Of a stretch of 64,000 nucleotides of DNA, positions 59,675 through 64,000 are shown one piece after another. Under the pieces are notes generated by a model. The model was given only the letters and a program-made list of their open reading frames with translations, ran no database searches and was not told the DNA's origin. A program made the translations under genes and the position numbers. The stretch lies in the IMG/VR virus record IMGVR_UViG_3300031772_000009, positions 1-64,000 of that record; one strand, 5' to 3'. How positions within the stretch are numbered: position 1 is the first letter of the stretch; each line of letters opens with the position of its first letter. Origin of the DNA: a virus.

Positions 59675-59952
59675 ATGTGAGTTGGAAATCAATGATTCAA
59701 GGAATGGCTAAACAGTATAAGACTGGAAAAGTTACGTGTAGAGATTTTTCTGACGGTTCTACGTCTTGTGCTTCTAGTCAAGCATGGAGCGTATTTTTTG
59801 CTACTCTCCGAAAACATGGATGGGACGAAAAAAGTTCTCGTCCAAATTCTGTTACTGAAACCGTTTTTACTGGAGCGGTAGAAGAGACAATGAAAGACAT
59901 TGTTGATTGGTTTGCAGAAAGTGTTGGATATTGTGGAGAATGTAACAAATGA
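59665..59952 (+). CDS. hypothetical protein (possible ACG start; GTG at 59677 is the alternative)
   Basis: GGTGA SD then ACG-PINVSWKS. Confidence 0.6.
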   Translation, partial: TPINVSWKSMIQGMAKQYKTGKVTCRDFSDGSTSCASSQAWSVFFATLRKHGWDEKSSRPNSVTETVFTGAVEETMKDIVDWFAESVGYCGECNK

Positions 59953-60605
59953 CAGAAGAAAACATTTCATTCTTTTTCATAACGAAAGAAGTCACATTTC
60001 AAGAAACCAAATCAACAGATAAATATGCAATTATTGAAGCTACAGTTATGGAACTTGATAAGATAAGTGAAGGAAACAACAGAGTTTATCAGTTTGAAGA
60101 AGGAGACGAAATAGCAAAAAGTCTAATCGGAAAACCAGTTTACTATGGAATAAATCTCTTTGGAAAACATGAAAATCCATTAGTATCTGGAAAGAATGTA
60201 GACCCAGTAGGAATCGTAGAATTTGCAGAAGTTGTTGGAAAAAAGATTAAAGCCACAATTAAAATCATAAGTGCGTCACTGATTGAAACGTTGAAGAGAG
60301 GAACGAAATATCTTTTCAGTGTAGGCGGAAATGCAATAACGGACACAATGAAAAAGATAGGAGAAAAAGTTATTCATGTCCTTTCTGGAGCAAGATGTAA
60401 TCATTTACAAATCGTTGATGTTGAGACTCAAGTTGGATTTCCAGACGCTAAAATGGAGAAACTTATCGAGATTCAAGAAACCGTTATGATTTGTGAGGGC
60501 GGAGTATGCCACTGTCCACAACCAGAAGAGACAAAGCGAAAGCCTAAAATATCAGAGGAAACAATTGAATATAGTAACGGCGTTAACCTTGAATATGAAG
60601 AGTAA
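59949..60605 (+). CDS. prohead protease-like protein
   Basis: NNRVY, SL.GKPV, H, VG.V, FSVG, HL.IV. Confidence 0.6.
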   Translation: MTEENISFFFITKEVTFQETKSTDKYAIIEATVMELDKISEGNNRVYQFEEGDEIAKSLIGKPVYYGINLFGKHENPLVSGKNVDPVGIVEFAEVVGKKIKATIKIISASLIETLKRGTKYLFSVGGNAITDTMKKIGEKVIHVLSGARCNHLQIVDVETQVGFPDAKMEKLIEIQETVMICEGGVCHCPQPEETKRKPKISEETIEYSNGVNLEYEE

Positions 60606-60834
60606 CAAACCACCAAAACCAGAACATCGTAATCTTCGCATTCCAAAACGTTTAGACGACATGATTGTTGATGTTCAACAGTTACTCAACTCTAATTCTT
60701 ACACTGAATCTCTTTTATGGATTCTTATAGACTGGGAGAAATATAGGTATCTGGAAGAGAAGAAACGTCTACTAGAACTTCATGCTATACAATATCAACT
60801 TCTCCAGAATGAACTGGAACGCAAAAAACAATAA
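60595..60834 (+). CDS. ribbon-helix-helix regulator
   Basis: RNLRIPKRL..I. Confidence 0.55.
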   Translation: MKSNKPPKPEHRNLRIPKRLDDMIVDVQQLLNSNSYTESLLWILIDWEKYRYLEEKKRLLELHAIQYQLLQNELERKKQ

Positions 60835-60884
60835 TACTTATAACCACGTTTCATGTCTATATCACATAGTATGAGGTAGATGAT

Positions 60885-61289
60885 ATGGCTGGTCCGTATA
60901 AATGTAAACGGATGCGTATCGTTGTAGGCACGACCACGTTAGGCGTTGTTGAAGCCTTCGATATAGAGTTGATTAGGGAAGGTGGAGTAACTCCACACTA
61001 CGATAGTGAAACTGGAAAACATGCTGTTGGAACTAGACATGCAACTTTCAGACTTAGACGTTGGTTCTATGCTGACGCTGGAGAAGAGAATTTAATCTAC
61101 GACTTGTTCCAAGGTGACGGAGTAGACCCAGACCACTTTGACATGAGTGGAGAATTGTCTGGTGTCGCTGGAAGCAGAATAACATTGATAAGTTGTTGCA
61201 TCTATAGTTATGCACCGAGAACTGGTGGAGCAAATGACATCGTAGCAGAAGAAGCCCGTGGCGAAGCTATAGACTGGTTTAAAACCTAA
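60885..61289 (+). CDS. tail tube protein
   Basis: 134 aa beta-rich protein upstream of tail chaperone. Confidence 0.6.
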   Translation: MAGPYKCKRMRIVVGTTTLGVVEAFDIELIREGGVTPHYDSETGKHAVGTRHATFRLRRWFYADAGEENLIYDLFQGDGVDPDHFDMSGELSGVAGSRITLISCCIYSYAPRTGGANDIVAEEARGEAIDWFKT

Positions 61290-61325
61290 ACTCTAAACGC
61301 ATCTTTTATCTATCTAAACAAAACG

Positions 61326-61625
61326 TTACGTTGGAGTCTGAAAGAATATTTTATCAGACTTCTTGCCAACAAACACTATTCTGTAACCTTGACAGATTTT
61401 TGTCCACTTGGCTAAATTGTCAATAGTGTATGCGATTATCTCGTCTTTGAATAGATTGTAAATTGCAATATGGATTGATTCATGTACTAAAATTTCTTCT
61501 ATGAGGTCTTCAATTGGTTGACCCCTAAAAGTCTTTCTCTCCCTCAAGATTATCTCGTTGTTGACTGAAGTAACCATTGTCCCCTTGATATATGGTTCTG
61601 TCCTCTTCGCCACCCTAACTTTCAT
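61326..61625 (-). CDS. small HExxH protein
   Basis: ILVHESIH. Confidence 0.65.
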   Translation of the reverse strand: MKVRVAKRTEPYIKGTMVTSVNNEIILRERKTFRGQPIEDLIEEILVHESIHIAIYNLFKDEIIAYTIDNLAKWTKICQGYRIVFVGKKSDKIFFQTPT

Positions 61626-61983
61626 TTTTATACTCCTTGTTAACAATTTCAAAATAGTATTTTGGATAAAGTTGAGAAAGTTTCTTTAAAGCGTCTGGTA
61701 ACGATAACTTATCCAGTTCTATTGACGGGTCAATCTTTGTCGCAACGTAAGCCAACACTCTAAATCTTCGGTATCTTTCCAATTGTGGATTGTTAATTTC
61801 GGCTTCTTCATCCTTGAATATGTCTGGACAGTTTTCTAACATCCAAATCAAATTGACGAGGTTTCTGTCTATATGTTTTTGGATTCTACCCATCATTGCA
61901 CTATAACGTCTGGGGTTATCTTCTTTGGTAACTTCTCCAGTCAAAACTTGTTCCAGAAATTTCCGTTCTATATTAGTTATCAC
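61615..61983 (-). CDS. hypothetical protein
   Basis: GTGA coupling. Confidence 0.6.
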   Translation of the reverse strand: MITNIERKFLEQVLTGEVTKEDNPRRYSAMMGRIQKHIDRNLVNLIWMLENCPDIFKDEEAEINNPQLERYRRFRVLAYVATKIDPSIELDKLSLPDALKKLSQLYPKYYFEIVNKEYKNES

Positions 61984-62294
61984 GGTTCAGTCCCCAGAAT
62001 CATTCTCAATAGAATAAATCTGTGGCAAGGTGGATTCTTCTCATAGCAGATAAGTCTAACATTGGTTTTTTCAGAAAGAGATTTTATTTTCAACATTGTC
62101 CTAATAGCTTTTGGGTTAGCCATCTCGTTTATGTAACGTCTTTCGTATCCAGTCCAATCTATTTTTCCAGACTGGTAATCATTGAGAAGTTCCCATGATG
62201 GTGCAAGAATAGAACCAGTCGTTCTAGTAACATATATCTTTATCTCGTCTTTCGGGTAGTTCTTCAAGTTAGCCAAATATCCTTCAAGTAACAT
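61980..62294 (-). CDS. DUF488 family protein
   Basis: LAPSWELL..Y..W..Y..RY; LICYEK..CHR. Confidence 0.85.
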   Translation of the reverse strand: MLLEGYLANLKNYPKDEIKIYVTRTTGSILAPSWELLNDYQSGKIDWTGYERRYINEMANPKAIRTMLKIKSLSEKTNVRLICYEKNPPCHRFILLRMILGTEP

Positions 62295-62343
62295 ATCAAT
62301 CAGTTCAGTAGTAGTCAAACCGATTAATAAACATTCCTCTTTT

Positions 62344-62838
62344 TTAAAGGGTCTTTCTCTTTTTTTCGATGTATTTATGTAAATACATATGACAAGAACC
62401 ACAAAGAGTTATTGTCTCTTCTGGATAATATCGAACATGATGAAGTAATAAAGTGACTATGTTTTCTTCCCTCTCTTTTCCACAAACCTCACATTTATTA
62501 CCTATTTTCATATTACGAATATTTATTCTGGATTGTTGTCTTTTAGCTATTTCCATAATTAGATTTCTTCTCTCATCTGGAAGTTCATTAAATAATGGCT
62601 TGTCTTTTATTATGCATTTTGGGTCTTTTGGCGGTCTTCCCTTTTTAGTATTCTGTGGAAATTTTCTCATTCGTTCCTTCATTTTTTCATATTGAGACGG
62701 ATTGTTTTTCCAATAATCAATCATGTATTTTTTCATATATTTTTTAGTGGCTTGTCTATAACAATTGCTTGAACAATATTTTTGATTTGGATAGGATGTT
62801 TCGAATAGATTTCCACAAACTAAACATGTTTTTCTCAT
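62344..62838 (-). CDS. HNH endonuclease with N-terminal zinc finger
   Basis: CLVCG..YCS..C; CEVCG..LHH.Y..LC..CH. Confidence 0.8.
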   Translation of the reverse strand: MRKTCLVCGNLFETSYPNQKYCSSNCYRQATKKYMKKYMIDYWKNNPSQYEKMKERMRKFPQNTKKGRPPKDPKCIIKDKPLFNELPDERRNLIMEIAKRQQSRINIRNMKIGNKCEVCGKEREENIVTLLLHHVRYYPEETITLCGSCHMYLHKYIEKKRKTL

Positions 62839-62935
62839 AATACTTATAAATGGTACTTATGCTTATAAATCTTTCTATTTAGTTCCAAAAGGTATTTAAA
62901 TCAAGTAATGAATAATTTGTTTAAGGTAAAACAAT

Positions 62936-63406
62936 ATGCCAAGCATTGATGAATTGGTCAAGAAATACGCTAATAAAACCCCAGAAGAAATGGAGTTGGA
63001 ACAAGACAAAATTGAACAAGACTATATGGTACAGAGTAGAGCGTTAGAACAGAAAATCCTAGAGGCTTCAAGTAAGATTGACGAAATGAAAATTGGTGAA
63101 GAAACTGTTGCCCGTGTGAAACGTCCAACTAAGGAACAAATGAATCGGATTCTTCCACCCGAACTTGCTAAGTATAGGAAGAACCCCGAAGAAGTCCCAT
63201 ATGAAGTTGCAAAGAAATATGAGACTGAAATGTATCAGTTGATGGAAGAGTTAATCGTGATGCCGAAACATGATTCCGAATGGTGGATTAAAAACACTGG
63301 AGACGATTTCATGGCGGCTTTTCAAGCCCATATAGCCAACACGCAATCTCAGATACAAAAAGACACTGAACGTTTTTTACGACAGACCTCGGATACGCCA
63401 AGTTAG
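62936..63406 (+). CDS. tail assembly chaperone (G)
   Basis: position in tail module; slippery T TTT TTA near the 3' end. Confidence 0.7.
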   Translation: MPSIDELVKKYANKTPEEMELEQDKIEQDYMVQSRALEQKILEASSKIDEMKIGEETVARVKRPTKEQMNRILPPELAKYRKNPEEVPYEVAKKYETEMYQLMEELIVMPKHDSEWWIKNTGDDFMAAFQAHIANTQSQIQKDTERFLRQTSDTPS

Positions 63407-63537
63407 CCGTATGTGAGTTTCTAGGTTGTACTCTAAGCGAATTGCCGTCAAGATGTCCACAATTGACCGATGAACAACTAATAATCACTTATATCGCAAG
63501 AAAAGCAGAACTTGAAAGTCAAGCAATAAAGAAGTGA
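63373..63537 (+). other. -1 programmed frameshift site and GT extension
   Basis: T TTT TTA at 63373-63379; -1 frame open for ~54 codons (LAVCEFLGCTLSEL). Confidence 0.75.
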
Positions 63538-63541
63538 GAAA

Positions 63542-64000
63542 ATGAGTAATCAATTCATAGATATTACCGAAACTGATTACGGAAGCAAAGCTAGGGCTAA
63601 AGTTGCATGTCAAAGGTTTCCTAAAGAACTTACCGCTAATGCAAGATGGAAGTTGGTGTATTGGTGGCAAGAAGTTTTGGAAACTGCTAGAGCTTTATGT
63701 CCAGTGGATACTGGAACTTTACAAGCTACTGGACGAATAACAGAGACAGACCCAAGCATTGGTGGATTGTTTGAGGTTGGAATGACTCTTGAGAATACAA
63801 ACATAATTAGTAAGATGATTGAGTTTGGTGGTTTATTGGTTAATCCTAAAAGTGGAAGAATATGCGATTATGCCCAAGCCGTTCATGATGGACATTTCAC
63901 TCGGAGTGGAAGATGGATGCCACCGAATCCGTTTATTGAGATGGCTATACAAATACACATGCAAGAACTTGACACTATCTTGGGCAAATCAATAGATGAA
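63542..64000 (+). CDS. HK97 gp10-like tail completion protein (3' truncated)
   Basis: CPVDTGTL, YA..VH.G, PF. Confidence 0.8.
   Translation, partial: MSNQFIDITETDYGSKARAKVACQRFPKELTANARWKLVYWWQEVLETARALCPVDTGTLQATGRITETDPSIGGLFEVGMTLENTNIISKMIEFGGLLVNPKSGRICDYAQAVHDGHFTRSGRWMPPNPFIEMAIQIHMQELDTILGKSIDE

Noticed and set aside
296-63804. Many minus-strand and nested ORFs in the ORF track (e.g. 296-577, 1773-2237, 28437-28729, 45806-46117)
   Set aside because: They are shadows of well-supported + strand genes or low-complexity F/L/S-rich frames without SD or motifs.

Overview
A 64 kb stretch of a large head-tail (Caudoviricetes-like) archaeal virus genome. Evidence: dense, mostly + strand, often ATGA-coupled small ORFs; archaeal BRE/TATA promoters; GGTGA Shine-Dalgarno motifs; and a ribosomal protein eS30 gene, which points to a TACK-type host (Bathyarchaeia plausible, not proven). 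Contents: a ~13 kb glycan synthesis/modification cluster; nucleotide-metabolism genes; scattered virion genes (portal, DUF2341 protein, prohead protease-like, tail tube, -1 frameshifted tail chaperone, HK97 gp10-like); two ATPases; an RNA ligase split in two; about 12 HNH endonucleases; 10 small HExxH proteins; several structured ncRNA candidates; and an early-like region flanked by non-coding repeat blocks. Most striking observations: (1) a non-canonical tRNA-Gly(UCC) with intact GlyRS identity elements but remodelled D-, T- and anticodon loops, lying just upstream of a YunG-like gene and a Mom/DUF4338-like GNAT gene, which suggests a dedicated tRNA-dependent DNA-modification system; (2) free-standing HNH cassettes that insert into gene ends and carry a recoded duplicate of the disrupted terminus (at least 6 cases); (3) the RNA ligase is split by an HNH exactly between the two CxxC halves of a zinc ribbon; (4) a 25-bp long-range stem encloses a 6 kb operon. 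All calls come from motif recognition by eye; no database searches were run.
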